A stretch of 44,941 nt of DNA. Source: Actinomycetota bacterium. Lineage in GTDB: Bacteria > Actinomycetota > UBA4738 > CALAEC01. Within the stretch, counting starts at the first letter, position 1. The number at the start of each line of letters is the position of its first letter. The DNA is taken from contig DATKBL010000135.1 in the NCBI GenBank assembly GCA_035513995.1, positions 1-44,941 on the forward strand, given 5' to 3'. Under the pieces are notes generated by a model. It was not told the origin of the DNA and did not search any database. It saw only the letters and a program-made list of their open reading frames with translations. The position numbers were made by a program, and so were the translations under genes. Shown here one piece after another: positions 17,668 through 27,211 of this stretch.

Positions 17668-17702
17668 GGCCGCGGGTGAGCCGTCGAGGCTCACCCGCGG
17701 CC
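17668..17702 (+). terminator. perfect 15-bp GC-rich hairpin after the substrate-binding-protein gene (intra-operon attenuator or partial terminator)
   Basis: GGCCGCGGGTGAGCC-gtcga-GGCTCACCCGCGGCC. A CTTTTTC run follows 11 nt downstream. Two smaller hairpins precede it. Confidence 0.5.
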
Positions 17703-17729
17703 TCTACCCCAGACTTTTTCGAGAGCTGA

Positions 17730-18854
17730 ATGGCGGACGACACCGACACGAAGACCCCGGAGCCGACGGAGGCGACCCCCGGCAGCTTCCAGCGCGGCAT
17801 CATGCGGCTGCCGGTCCGCACGATCATCCTGTGGGTCCTCTCCATCGTCCTGTTGATCTTCATCGTGTGGGGCACGAGCCGGACCCTCTCCCTCGAGGTC
17901 AGCACCTTCAGCGGGGACGGGTGGAAGCGGCTCATCAGCGACGGCGTGGCCCGGGGGGCGATCTACGCGCTCATCGCCATGGGCTACACGCTCGTGTACG
18001 GCATCCTGTTCATGATCAACTTTGCCCACGGCGAGGTGTTCATGAGCGGGGCGTTCACCGCCTTCTTCATGGCCCGATGGCTCGATCAGACGGGCTTCCT
18101 GAACGAGAGCCCGGTCATCTCGCTGCTGATCCTGTTCGCCGTCTCGATGGCCGTCTCGACGACCATCGCCGTCGTCCTCGAGCGCGTGGCTTACCGGCCC
18201 CTGCGGGGCGCTCCGCGTCTCGTGCCGCTGATCACGGCCATCGGGGCCTCGCTGTTCCTCCAGAACACGTTCCGAGGGTTCTACGGCGCCAGCGCCGAGG
18301 CCTACCCCACGATCGACATCCTGGCCGGCTCCATCGAGATCCTGGGGTGGCCGATGCGGAAGATCCAGCTCGTCGTGGTTCTCGCCGCTGGGGCCCTCAT
18401 GCTGGGGCTGTTCCTGTTCATCCGGAAGACGAAGACCGGCCGAGCGATGCGAGCGGTCGGCGAGGACAAGGAGATCGCTTCGCTCATGGGGATCGACGTC
18501 GACCGGACCATCGTGAGCACGTTCGCCATCGGCGGACTCCTCGCGGGGGCCGCCGGGATCCTCTTCGTCTACCTGTTCCGCGGGGGCTCGGTGAACTTCT
18601 TCATGGGCTTCTTCCCGGGGATCAAGGCGTTCACGGCCGCGGTCCTCGGCGGCATCGGGAACGTGGTGGGGGCCGGCGTCGGCGGGCTCTTGCTCGGGGT
18701 CCTCGAGGCAGTGGGCCCCTTCCTGCTCCTCGAGGGCTTCGACGTCCCATCTCCGAACCAGCTGCAGCTGCTCATCTCGTTCAGCATCCTGGTCCTGGTG
18801 CTGATCTTCCGACCCGGCGGCCTGCTCGGCTCGCCCGACGAGGAGCGCGCCTGA
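17730..18854 (+). CDS. livH: HAAT-family ABC transporter permease (LivH-like) with an N-terminal extension of about 60 aa
   Basis: GAIYALIAMGYTLVYGILFMINFAHGEVFM is the LivH signature region, and the protein is multi-TM. Confidence 0.9.
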   Translation: MADDTDTKTPEPTEATPGSFQRGIMRLPVRTIILWVLSIVLLIFIVWGTSRTLSLEVSTFSGDGWKRLISDGVARGAIYALIAMGYTLVYGILFMINFAHGEVFMSGAFTAFFMARWLDQTGFLNESPVISLLILFAVSMAVSTTIAVVLERVAYRPLRGAPRLVPLITAIGASLFLQNTFRGFYGASAEAYPTIDILAGSIEILGWPMRKIQLVVVLAAGALMLGLFLFIRKTKTGRAMRAVGEDKEIASLMGIDVDRTIVSTFAIGGLLAGAAGILFVYLFRGGSVNFFMGFFPGIKAFTAAVLGGIGNVVGAGVGGLLLGVLEAVGPFLLLEGFDVPSPNQLQLLISFSILVLVLIFRPGGLLGSPDEERA

Positions 18855-20689
18855 TGGCGGTCCCCGCGACGGTGCAGCGGGAGGTCGCGGGGACCGAGAC
18901 GACCTCCTGGCTCAACCGGAGCCTGTTCCTGACCGGCGCGATCGGCGGGCTGGTCGCCGTCTACCTCGTGGCCGTGGGCATGGTCGAGAAGTTCCAGGCC
19001 CTGAACGTCCTCACCGACGTCCTGGCCCTGGGGCGCACCATGCTCATGATCACGTTCCTGGTGGTGGGGTACCTGGTCTCGCGACGGCTGCCGCGGCAGG
19101 GTCACCAGGCGGAGCGGCAGCGGCTCGCGGGGGGGCTCGTGGCCGGGGCGGTCGCCGGGGGCGTCGCCGCGCTGGTGCTGCTGTTCGTCGACGTGATCGG
19201 GGTCGAGCACGTCCGGCGGATGTTCCAGTCGTTCACGGTGAACCTCGTCGAGAGCGTCGTGTCCTTCGGGCGGGGTCTGGGGTTCGGGGTGATGGCGCTG
19301 CTGGTGGGAGGGGCGCTGCTCGGGCTGGCCGGCGCGGGGCTCCAGCTCCTGCCAAATCGGCTGCGCCGGGCCACCTTGACCGGCCTGGGAACCGCGATCG
19401 TCGTGAGCCTCGCGAACACGTTCATCGTGGCGGTCTTCCGGAACCTGGAGTCGAACTTCGGCCTCGACATCCCGCTCGCCTGGCTGTATACGGGGACCGG
19501 CCTGGCCTACTCGGGACTCGTCGTGATGTTCGCGGCCGGGTTCGCGGTGTCGTGGTGGCGGACCCGCACACCGCCGGAGCCCGAGACCACGCGGGCCGCG
19601 GCGATGAGCGGGGAGCGATCGCTCTGGGCCGTCTTCCGCCGCGGCCGTCCGCTCAAGATCGTCGGATGGCTGGCCCTGATCGCCCTGCTGCTGCTGATGC
19701 CGCTCATCGTGGGGCAGTTCCTCAGCCAGGTGATCAACACGGTCGGGATCTACGTGCTCCTCGGTCTGGGGCTGAACATCGTCGTTGGCTTCGCCGGGCT
19801 CCTGGACCTCGGGTACGTCGCCTTCTTCGCGGTGGGCGCGTACGCCACCGCGATCCTGACCTCGTCGGCGTCCTTCCTCGGAGGGCCGTTCAACTTCTGG
19901 GTCGCCCTGCCGCTCGTCGTGCTGATCGCGGTCTTCAGCGGCATCCTGATCGGCGCCCCTGTGTTGAGGCTCCGCGGCGACTACCTGGCCATCGTCACGC
20001 TCGGGTTCGGAGAGATCGCCCGCGTGTTCATCGCGTCCATCTGGCTCCAGGAATACCTCGGTGGGGCGCAGGGGATCCTCCGGATCCCCGGGCCGCCGCT
20101 CTTCGGCGTCAACCTGCGGGACCCGACGAACCTCTACTACATCATCCTGGCGTTCTGCCTGATCGCGGCCTTCGTGGCCTGGCGTCTGAAGGATTCCCGC
20201 GTGGGACGGGCGTGGGCGGCGATGCGCGAGGACGAGACCGTGGCCGAGGCGATGGGGATCAGCGTCATCAACTACAAGCTCTTGGCGTTCGCGATCGGCG
20301 CCGGCGTGGGCTGCCTGGGCGGCGCCTTCTTCGCGATCCAAGTGGGGTCGGTGTTCCCGAATTCGATGGACCTCCTGGTGTCGATCAACGCGCTGTCGGT
20401 GATCGTCCTCGGCGGGATGGGAAGCATCCCGGGCGTGGTCCTGGGCGCCTTCGGGCTGGTTGGGCTCCCCGAGCTGCTCCGCGAGTTCGAGGAGTTCCGA
20501 CTCCTGATCTACGGCGCCGTGCTCGTTGCGCTGATGATCCTCAAGCCGGAGGGCCTCCTGCCCGAGGTCCGAAGGCGCCTCGAGCTCCACGGGCGGGAGC
20601 TCGAGGAGGAGCAGTACGAGGATCGGGTTGGCGAGGGCGCCGAGCCCGCCCTTCGGGCCGAGGCCTCCGAGGACGAGGAGAAGAAGTGA
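18854..20689 (+). CDS. livM: HAAT-family ABC transporter permease (LivM-like) with an extra N-terminal multi-TM domain of about 300 aa
   Basis: The ATG at 18854 overlaps the livH stop (TGATG). The LivM core runs from about residue 300 (NTVGIYVLLGLGLNIVVGFAGLLDLGYVAFFAVGAY). The tail is acidic. Confidence 0.9.
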   Translation: MAVPATVQREVAGTETTSWLNRSLFLTGAIGGLVAVYLVAVGMVEKFQALNVLTDVLALGRTMLMITFLVVGYLVSRRLPRQGHQAERQRLAGGLVAGAVAGGVAALVLLFVDVIGVEHVRRMFQSFTVNLVESVVSFGRGLGFGVMALLVGGALLGLAGAGLQLLPNRLRRATLTGLGTAIVVSLANTFIVAVFRNLESNFGLDIPLAWLYTGTGLAYSGLVVMFAAGFAVSWWRTRTPPEPETTRAAAMSGERSLWAVFRRGRPLKIVGWLALIALLLLMPLIVGQFLSQVINTVGIYVLLGLGLNIVVGFAGLLDLGYVAFFAVGAYATAILTSSASFLGGPFNFWVALPLVVLIAVFSGILIGAPVLRLRGDYLAIVTLGFGEIARVFIASIWLQEYLGGAQGILRIPGPPLFGVNLRDPTNLYYIILAFCLIAAFVAWRLKDSRVGRAWAAMREDETVAEAMGISVINYKLLAFAIGAGVGCLGGAFFAIQVGSVFPNSMDLLVSINALSVIVLGGMGSIPGVVLGAFGLVGLPELLREFEEFRLLIYGAVLVALMILKPEGLLPEVRRRLELHGRELEEEQYEDRVGEGAEPALRAEASEDEEKK

Positions 20690-21477
20690 CCGAGCAGCTG
20701 CTGGTCGTCGAGGGCCTGGTGAAGCACTTCGGCGGCGTCCGTGCGGTGGACGGCGTGGACTTCCACGCGGACGAGCAGGAGATCGTGAGCGTGATCGGCC
20801 CGAACGGGGCCGGCAAGACGACGCTGTTCAACGTCGTTACCGGCTTCTACCAGGCCGACAGCGGCACGATCGAGTTCGACAAGTTCCCCCTGACGGGGCT
20901 GAAGCCGAACCGCATCGCGGCCCTGGGGATCGCCCGGACCTTCCAGCAGATCCGCCTCTTCCCCAACCTGACGGTGCTCGAGAACGCGATGGTGGGGCAG
21001 CACGCGAGGACCCGTTCGGGGCCGTTCGGGGCGATCTTCCGACCCCCCTGGACGGTTCGGGAGGAGAGGGAGATCACCGAGCGGGCGCGCGAGGTGCTTG
21101 CTTTCTTCGGGGACAGCCTCCTCCCGTACGAGGGCATGATGGCCTTCGAGCTCTCCTACGCGGACCGCCGGCGCCTCGAGATCGCCCGGGCGATGGCCAC
21201 CCACCCGAAGCTGCTCCTGCTCGACGAGCCGACCGCGGGGATGAACCCGGTCGAGAAGCACGGCCTCGTCAGCCTGATCGGGCGGCTGCGGGAGGAGCGC
21301 GGTTACACGGTGGTCCTGATCGAGCACGACATGCCCGTGGTCAAGAACGTCTCGGACCGCGTGGTGGCGCTCGACCACGGTCAGGAGATCGCGCAGGGCA
21401 CCTACGAAGAGGTCTCCAACAACGAGCAGGTGATCGAGGCGTACCTCGGGAAGAAGAAGGCGGTGGAGTCGGCGTGA
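20686..21477 (+). CDS. livG: HAAT-family ABC transporter ATP-binding protein (LivG-like)
   Basis: GTG at 20686 (GTGA overlap). Walker A GPNGAGKTT, signature YADRRRLEIA-type region, Walker B LLLLDEPTAG, and the LivG C-terminal motif. Confidence 0.93.
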   Translation: MTEQLLVVEGLVKHFGGVRAVDGVDFHADEQEIVSVIGPNGAGKTTLFNVVTGFYQADSGTIEFDKFPLTGLKPNRIAALGIARTFQQIRLFPNLTVLENAMVGQHARTRSGPFGAIFRPPWTVREEREITERAREVLAFFGDSLLPYEGMMAFELSYADRRRLEIARAMATHPKLLLLDEPTAGMNPVEKHGLVSLIGRLREERGYTVVLIEHDMPVVKNVSDRVVALDHGQEIAQGTYEEVSNNEQVIEAYLGKKKAVESA

Positions 21478-22226
21478 GCGGCGACGGGCGGCGGGCGGCG
21501 AGCGACACGACCCTCATCGAGATGCGGGGCGTCTACACGAGCTACGGCCCCGTCGAGGTGCTCCGCGACATCAGCCTCGAGGTGCCCGAGGGCAAGATCA
21601 CCTGCCTCCTGGGCGCGAACGCCGCGGGGAAGTCCACCACGCTCAAAACGATCCTCGGCATGGTCAAGCCCACCGCCGGCGAGATCTACCTGCGCGGGGA
21701 GCGGATCGACGGTGAGAACACCCAGAAGATCGTGGCCCAGGGAGTGACGATGGTCCCCGAGGGGCGGAGGCTGTTCGGGAAGATGTCAGTTCGCGAGAAC
21801 CTGGAGATCGGGACCCAGCTTCGGGAGGACGACGAGGGGATGCGGCGCGACATGGAGCGGGTGCTCGAGCTGTTCCCGCGCCTCCGCGAGCGGCTGGACC
21901 AGAAGGCCGGGACCCTCTCCGGTGGCGAGCAGCAGATGTGCGCGATCGGGCGGGCCCTGATGGCCGGCCCGAAGGTTCTGCTCATGGACGAGCCCTCGAT
22001 GGGTCTCGCCCCCATCCTCGTTGAGCAGGTGTTCGAGGTCGTCCAGGAGATCAACAAGCAGGGGACCACCATCTTCCTGGTCGAGCAGAACGCCAACATG
22101 GCTCTGTCGGTCGCCGATCGCGGGTACGTCCTCCAGACCGGCGAGGTCGTGATGTCCGACACGGCGAAGGCGCTGAGGGAGAACCCGAAGACCCGCGAGG
22201 CCTACCTCGGCGAGCTGACCGAGTAG
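21474..22226 (+). CDS. livF: HAAT-family ABC transporter ATP-binding protein (LivF-like)
   Basis: GTG at 21474 (GTGA overlap). Walker A GANAAGKST, signature LSGGEQQM, Walker B VLLMDEPS. Confidence 0.93.
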   Translation: MSGDGRRAASDTTLIEMRGVYTSYGPVEVLRDISLEVPEGKITCLLGANAAGKSTTLKTILGMVKPTAGEIYLRGERIDGENTQKIVAQGVTMVPEGRRLFGKMSVRENLEIGTQLREDDEGMRRDMERVLELFPRLRERLDQKAGTLSGGEQQMCAIGRALMAGPKVLLMDEPSMGLAPILVEQVFEVVQEINKQGTTIFLVEQNANMALSVADRGYVLQTGEVVMSDTAKALRENPKTREAYLGELTE

Positions 22227-22254
22227 TGCCGAAGGGCCCGCCTGGGCACCGACC

Positions 22255-23193
22255 GTGAACCTGCCGAGCATCGACGCCGCCCTCCTGTCGCAGCTGCTCC
22301 CGATGAGCGCGGCCGTGGACGCGCTGGAGGCCGCGTTCGCGGGCACCCTACCGGAGGCGCCGCTCCGCTCCCACGTGGGGGCCGGCGAGGGCGATCTGCT
22401 GCTGATGCCGGCCGTCTCGGATCAGGGGGTCGGCGTGAAGCTCGTCACCGTGAACCCGGGGAACCCGGCCCGGGGGCTCCCGCTGGTGCAGGGCGTCTAC
22501 GTCCTGTTCGCCCCGGGCACCCTGGAGCCGGTGGCCATCGTCGACGGCGCGGCTCTCACGGGGATCCGGACGGCGGCGGTCTCGGGGCTCGCCACCCGCC
22601 ACCTGGCGCGCCCCGACGCGCGCGGTCTCGTCGTCTTCGGTGCGGGGACGCAGGCGAGGGCGCATCTCGAGGCGATGACCGCGGTGCGCCCGATCGAGCG
22701 CTTCACGGTGGTCTCACGGGCGCCGGAGCCGGCCGAGGCTCTCGCCGAGCTGGGGCGCACGCTCGGACTCGCGGCGGGGACGGGGGAGCCCTCCGCCGTG
22801 GGGGAGGCCGACATCGTCTGCACCTGCACCACGAGCGCCTCGCCCGTGTTCGCGGGGGGCGACCTGCGCCCCGGTGCCCACGTCAACGCGGTGGGCGCCT
22901 ACACGCCGGAGACGCGGGAGCTGGACGCGGAGACCCTCCGCCGGGGGCGCGTGGTGGTCGAGACGCGGGAGGCCGCGCTGGCCGAGGCGGGCGACCTGCT
23001 CCTCGCCATCGAGGAGGGGGCCTTCACGGCCGAGGACGTGGCCGCCGACCTCTCCGAGGTGGTCCGCGGCGCCCAGGTCCGGGCCTCGGACCAGGACGTC
23101 ACCGTCTTCAAGTCGGTCGGGGTCGCGTTTGAGGACCTCGTGGTGGCGCGCGCGGCGGTGGACCGGCTGACGGCGACCGGGTCAGGCGCGTGA
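22255..23193 (+). CDS. ornithine cyclodeaminase / mu-crystallin family protein (copy 1)
   Basis: 312 aa. Contains GVKLVTV.P.N, LTGIRTAA and the Rossmann motif VFGAGTQA, with VGA..P..RE typical of the family. Confidence 0.85.
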   Translation: MNLPSIDAALLSQLLPMSAAVDALEAAFAGTLPEAPLRSHVGAGEGDLLLMPAVSDQGVGVKLVTVNPGNPARGLPLVQGVYVLFAPGTLEPVAIVDGAALTGIRTAAVSGLATRHLARPDARGLVVFGAGTQARAHLEAMTAVRPIERFTVVSRAPEPAEALAELGRTLGLAAGTGEPSAVGEADIVCTCTTSASPVFAGGDLRPGAHVNAVGAYTPETRELDAETLRRGRVVVETREAALAEAGDLLLAIEEGAFTAEDVAADLSEVVRGAQVRASDQDVTVFKSVGVAFEDLVVARAAVDRLTATGSGA

Positions 23194-24338
23194 GGACGGC
23201 CGACGTTCTGATCGTAGGAGGCGGGTGTGTCGGCGCCAGCGCCGCGTACCACCTGGCCGCGGCCGGGGCGGGGTCGGTGCTGCTGCTGGACCGGGCCGAG
23301 GACCTGGGAACCGGCTCGACGGCGGCCGCCGCCGGAGGGTTCCGCCACCAGTTCGGGAGCGAGGTGAACGTCCGCCTCTCCCTCGCCAGCATCCCCATGC
23401 TGACTCGGTTCGAGGAGGAACACGGCCTCCCCCTCGACGTCGACCAGGACGGGTACCTTCTGCTGGTGCGAGACGAGACGGCCTGGGAGGGGTTCCGAGC
23501 GGCGGCGGAGATGCAGCGCGGGCTCGGCGCCCGGGTGGACCTCCTCACGGGGCCGGAGGCGGCCGAGCTGGTCCCCGGCCTGATGGTCGAGGACGTCGTG
23601 GGCGCCACGTTCGGCCCCGACGACGGGATCGCCGACACGTCCGGGCTGACCCACGGGTACGCGACGCTGGCTCGGAGGTCGGGGGCCGAGATCGAGACCG
23701 GGGCCGAGGTCGTCGAGCTTCTCATCGAGGGAGACCGGGTGGCCGGGGCCAGGACCGGTGCCGGGGAGGAGATCCGGGCGGGCGCCGTTGTGAACGCGGC
23801 CGGCCCCTGGGCCGGGCAGGTGGCGGCCACCGCGGGGGTGGAGCTGCCGCTGGACCCGATCCCCCGGAACGTCGTGGTCACCGGGCCGTTCGCCGGAGCC
23901 CCCGAGCGGCGGACGCTCGTCGTCGACACCCCGACGAGCTTCTATTTCCATCGGGAGGGGCCGGGCGTCCTGATGGGGATGGGGTCATCGGACGAGCGAC
24001 CCTCGTTCGACACGACGGTCGATCAGGCCTTCGTCGCGGAGGAGATCCTGCCCACCGCGATGCGAACCTTCCCGCCCATCGAGGAGGCGGGGATCGAGAA
24101 CACGTGGTGCGGCCTCTACGAGATGACCCCCGACCGACACCCGATCATCGGGGAGGCGATCCCAGGCCTCTACCTGGCGAACGGGTTCAGCGGACACGGG
24201 TTCCAGCACTCGCCGATCGTGGGCAAGCTGCTCGCCGAGATGATCGTGGACGGGGCCGCGTCAACCGTCGACGTCTCCTCGCTGTCGCTGGATCGTTTCG
24301 AGCGCGGGCGACCGGTCGTGGAGACCCACGTCATCTGA
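23190..24338 (+). CDS. FAD-dependent oxidoreductase (DAO family; sarcosine-oxidase-beta / D-amino-acid-dehydrogenase-like)
   Basis: GTG at 23190 (GTGA overlap). N-terminal dinucleotide fold DVLIVGGGCVGASAAYHLA. The C-terminal GFSGHGFQHSP is typical of DAO enzymes. Confidence 0.85.
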   Translation: MRTADVLIVGGGCVGASAAYHLAAAGAGSVLLLDRAEDLGTGSTAAAAGGFRHQFGSEVNVRLSLASIPMLTRFEEEHGLPLDVDQDGYLLLVRDETAWEGFRAAAEMQRGLGARVDLLTGPEAAELVPGLMVEDVVGATFGPDDGIADTSGLTHGYATLARRSGAEIETGAEVVELLIEGDRVAGARTGAGEEIRAGAVVNAAGPWAGQVAATAGVELPLDPIPRNVVVTGPFAGAPERRTLVVDTPTSFYFHREGPGVLMGMGSSDERPSFDTTVDQAFVAEEILPTAMRTFPPIEEAGIENTWCGLYEMTPDRHPIIGEAIPGLYLANGFSGHGFQHSPIVGKLLAEMIVDGAASTVDVSSLSLDRFERGRPVVETHVI

Positions 24339-25369
24339 TGGACGCTGACGTCGTCGTCGTCGGGGCCGGGGCGGTCGGGTCGGCGGCCGCGCGCGCACTC
24401 GCCCGGCGCGGGCTCGACGTGATCGTCTTGGAGCGCTTCCGGATCGGCCACGATCGGGGGTCGAGCCACGGCGACGCGCGGGTCTTCCGCCACTCCTACG
24501 ACGCCCCGGAGTGGGTCCGGATGATGAGAGAGGCGATCGAGCTCTGGGGCGAGCTCGAGGACGAGGCGGGTGAGCCCCTGCTCACGCGGACGGGTGGGAT
24601 CGATCTCGACCCCCCTCCCGAGAACGCCGCGTCGCTCGACGCGGAGGCGGTGCCTTTCGAGATGCTGTCGGCCGGTGAGACGATGGAGCGGTACCCGTCG
24701 CTCGCGATACCTCCCGCCGCGGAGGTGTTGTTCCAGGCCGATGCCGGGATCGTCCATGCCGACCGAGCCTGGCGGGCTCTGGTCGAGGGCGCCCGGAGCG
24801 CCGGGGTGGACGTGCGCGAGGAGATCCGGGTGGTCTCCGTCTCGGCGAGCGATGAGAGCTTCGAGGCGCGTACCGAGGGAGGGCTGGTGACCGGACGCGT
24901 GGGGATCATGGCGGCCGGGGCATGGAGCCGGGAGCTCCTCCGGCCGCTGGGGATCGACCTCCCGGTGCGGGTGACGCGCGAGTCGCCGGTGTACTTCGAG
25001 GCCGAGGAGCTCCCCGTCGTCGTGGTGGACTGGAGCCGGGAGCCGCTGGCGTACGCCCTGCCCAGTCCCGGGTTCGGCCTGAAGGCGGCGGAGCACCACG
25101 CCGGCCCGGAGACGGACCCGGAGGAGGGGGGCGGTCCCGACCAGGGCTCCGCCGACCGGGTGCGCGTATGGGTGGCGGAGCGGTTCGCCCCGATGGACCC
25201 GAAGCCGCTGCACGCGGAGGGCTGCCTCTACACGACGACCGCCGACGAGCGGTTCGTCCTGGAGCGTCACGGCGCCCTGGTCGTCGCCTCGGCGTGCAGC
25301 GGCCATGGCTTCAAGTTCGTCCCGTGGTCGGGCGCGCGCGCGGCGGCGCTGGCGGCGGAGACGTCGTGA
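24338..25369 (+). CDS. FAD-dependent oxidoreductase (monomeric sarcosine oxidase / N-methyltryptophan oxidase-like)
   Basis: The ATG at 24338 overlaps the upstream stop (TGATG). DVVVVGAGAVGSAAARAL, GSSHG..R and the C-terminal SACSGHGFKF resemble MSOX-type enzymes. Confidence 0.8.
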   Translation: MDADVVVVGAGAVGSAAARALARRGLDVIVLERFRIGHDRGSSHGDARVFRHSYDAPEWVRMMREAIELWGELEDEAGEPLLTRTGGIDLDPPPENAASLDAEAVPFEMLSAGETMERYPSLAIPPAAEVLFQADAGIVHADRAWRALVEGARSAGVDVREEIRVVSVSASDESFEARTEGGLVTGRVGIMAAGAWSRELLRPLGIDLPVRVTRESPVYFEAEELPVVVVDWSREPLAYALPSPGFGLKAAEHHAGPETDPEEGGGPDQGSADRVRVWVAERFAPMDPKPLHAEGCLYTTTADERFVLERHGALVVASACSGHGFKFVPWSGARAAALAAETS

Positions 25370-26793
25370 CGGGGAGGACGCAGCTGGTCGCGGGGATGAC
25401 GGCGGTGGTGGTCGCCACCACCACCGCCGTCATCCTCGCCCATGGCGGGTCCGAGCTCACGCCCGACGTCGCCGGGGACCCGCGGCCTGGGCCGACCGCC
25501 TCGCCCTCGCCGGAGGCCGCCCCCGCGCTCTCCCTCCGGGTGGGCGGGGTCTCGGCGGTCGCGGTCCGGGGCAGGGTCCCGCCCAGCCGGCTTCGCGCGA
25601 CGAGGCGAGAGGTCGAACGCACCATCGCCGATCTCTACACGAGGGGGTTCGTGGACCCCGAGTCCTGGGCCGGGGGGGACTTCCCCGACCTGGCGGAGCT
25701 CTTCGTCCCCGAGTCGAGGGCCGGGGCGCGCCGCGATCGCAGGGCGCTGACGCTGGGCGAGGCCGCGCGCCGGATCACGGCCGTCCGCGCGCCGCGGGCA
25801 CGGGTCCGTATGCGGGTGCTCACCGACGAGGCGCGGAGACCCACCGCCACGCTCGCGGAGGTTCGCTTCGCGGCCACGGCCCTCCAGGGAGAGGGGGAGG
25901 CGAGGATCCGGCACAGCGGCTCGTACCTGCTTCGCCCGATGGGGGGTCGCTGGCGCATCGTCTCCTACGACATCAGGGCGCGGGTGCCTCCCGCCCGCAC
26001 GGTACGCCGCACGATCGACGCCCCCGCGCCTCGACCCGGGCTCGTCTTCCTGCTGGCGATCGGCAGCGACGCGCGGGCGGGGGAGCGCGTGGCCGGCGCC
26101 CGCGCCGACTCGCTGCACATCATCGGCGTCAACCTACGGAAGGGGAGCGCGGCGATCGTGGGTATCCCCCGCGACTCGTACGTCCCGATCCCGGGCGTGG
26201 GCACCCGGAAGATCAACGAAGGGCTCGTGTACGGGGGCCCGGAGCTGATGGTGCGGACCGTCGAGCAGCTCAGCGGCATCCCGATCGACGGCTACCTCCT
26301 CACCGGCTTCCGCGACTTCCGCAGCGCGGTAACCCACGTCGGCGGGGTGATGACGACGATCCCGTATGCGATGAACGATGCGGCCTCAGAAGCGTACTTC
26401 CGCCCGGGGAGGAAGCGGCTCAAGGGCCCCGATGCTTTGGCGTTCTCGCGCAACCGATATGGCGTGCCGGGCGGGGACTTCGGACGGTCGCTGAACCAGG
26501 GACGACTGATCCTCGACTCCCTGCGCGAGTTCCGAGCCGACGTGCGACGCGACCCGGCCGGTTTGTTCCGGTGGGTCGCGGTCGGTGCCCGCTACATCGA
26601 AACCGACCTGAGCCTGGCCGAGATGCTCGGGATGCTGCTCGCGACCACGACCGTCGACCCCGGCACGGTTCGCAACGTCGTCGTGTCCGGGACGGGCGGC
26701 ATGGTGGGCGGGCAGAGCGTCGTCCACCTCGGGTCCGGCGCGCAGGCGATCTTCCGGGACCTCCGGCGCGACGGCGTGCTGAACGGCCGCTGA
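25366..26793 (+). CDS. LytR-CpsA-Psr (LCP) family protein with an N-terminal TM segment and an extra domain of about 220 aa
   Basis: GTG at 25366 (GTGA overlap). The LCP core is LLAIGSDAR....RADSLHII, IPRDSYV.IPG....KIN and RNRY....GDFGR...Q. Confidence 0.8.
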   Translation: MTGRTQLVAGMTAVVVATTTAVILAHGGSELTPDVAGDPRPGPTASPSPEAAPALSLRVGGVSAVAVRGRVPPSRLRATRREVERTIADLYTRGFVDPESWAGGDFPDLAELFVPESRAGARRDRRALTLGEAARRITAVRAPRARVRMRVLTDEARRPTATLAEVRFAATALQGEGEARIRHSGSYLLRPMGGRWRIVSYDIRARVPPARTVRRTIDAPAPRPGLVFLLAIGSDARAGERVAGARADSLHIIGVNLRKGSAAIVGIPRDSYVPIPGVGTRKINEGLVYGGPELMVRTVEQLSGIPIDGYLLTGFRDFRSAVTHVGGVMTTIPYAMNDAASEAYFRPGRKRLKGPDALAFSRNRYGVPGGDFGRSLNQGRLILDSLREFRADVRRDPAGLFRWVAVGARYIETDLSLAEMLGMLLATTTVDPGTVRNVVVSGTGGMVGGQSVVHLGSGAQAIFRDLRRDGVLNGR

Positions 26794-26794
26794 G

Positions 26795-27211
26795 TCAGGA
26801 CGACTCGACCCTCGCGCCATCGTCGTCGGCGACGACCCTGAGCCGATCCCCGGTTTGCAGGCGCCGGTGATCTGGCGCGTCGAGGACGACCACCGGGCAC
26901 GCGGCCCCGTAGAGCTCCGCCGCCACCACGCTCCCCAGCGCGATGATCGGATCCGGCTCGAGCAGGAGGACGGCGGCGGGCGCCGTGGCGGCGCGGATCG
27001 CCTCGGCCAGGACGCTCGAGGCGCTGCTCGAGCCGCGGCCCGAGGGCATGACCACGACGCGCCCGGCCAGGAGCGCGCCGCGCTGAGGATGGTGCGCGTC
27101 GATCAGCATCCCCGAGGCGGGGTCCATACCTCCCCAGAAGGAGAGCGGCTCGGCGAGGACGAGCGCTTCCCCCTCGGCGGCCCCGGGCGCGAGCGTGCGA
27201 CCTTCAGCCAT
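26795..27211 (-). CDS. aconitase X swivel-domain subunit (DUF126)
   Basis: 138 aa. PLSFWGGMDP.SG.LID..HP and MPSGRGSSSASSVLAE match DUF126. The start overlaps the large-subunit stop by 8 nt. Confidence 0.8.
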   Translation of the reverse strand: MAEGRTLAPGAAEGEALVLAEPLSFWGGMDPASGMLIDAHHPQRGALLAGRVVVMPSGRGSSSASSVLAEAIRAATAPAAVLLLEPDPIIALGSVVAAELYGAACPVVVLDAPDHRRLQTGDRLRVVADDDGARVESS

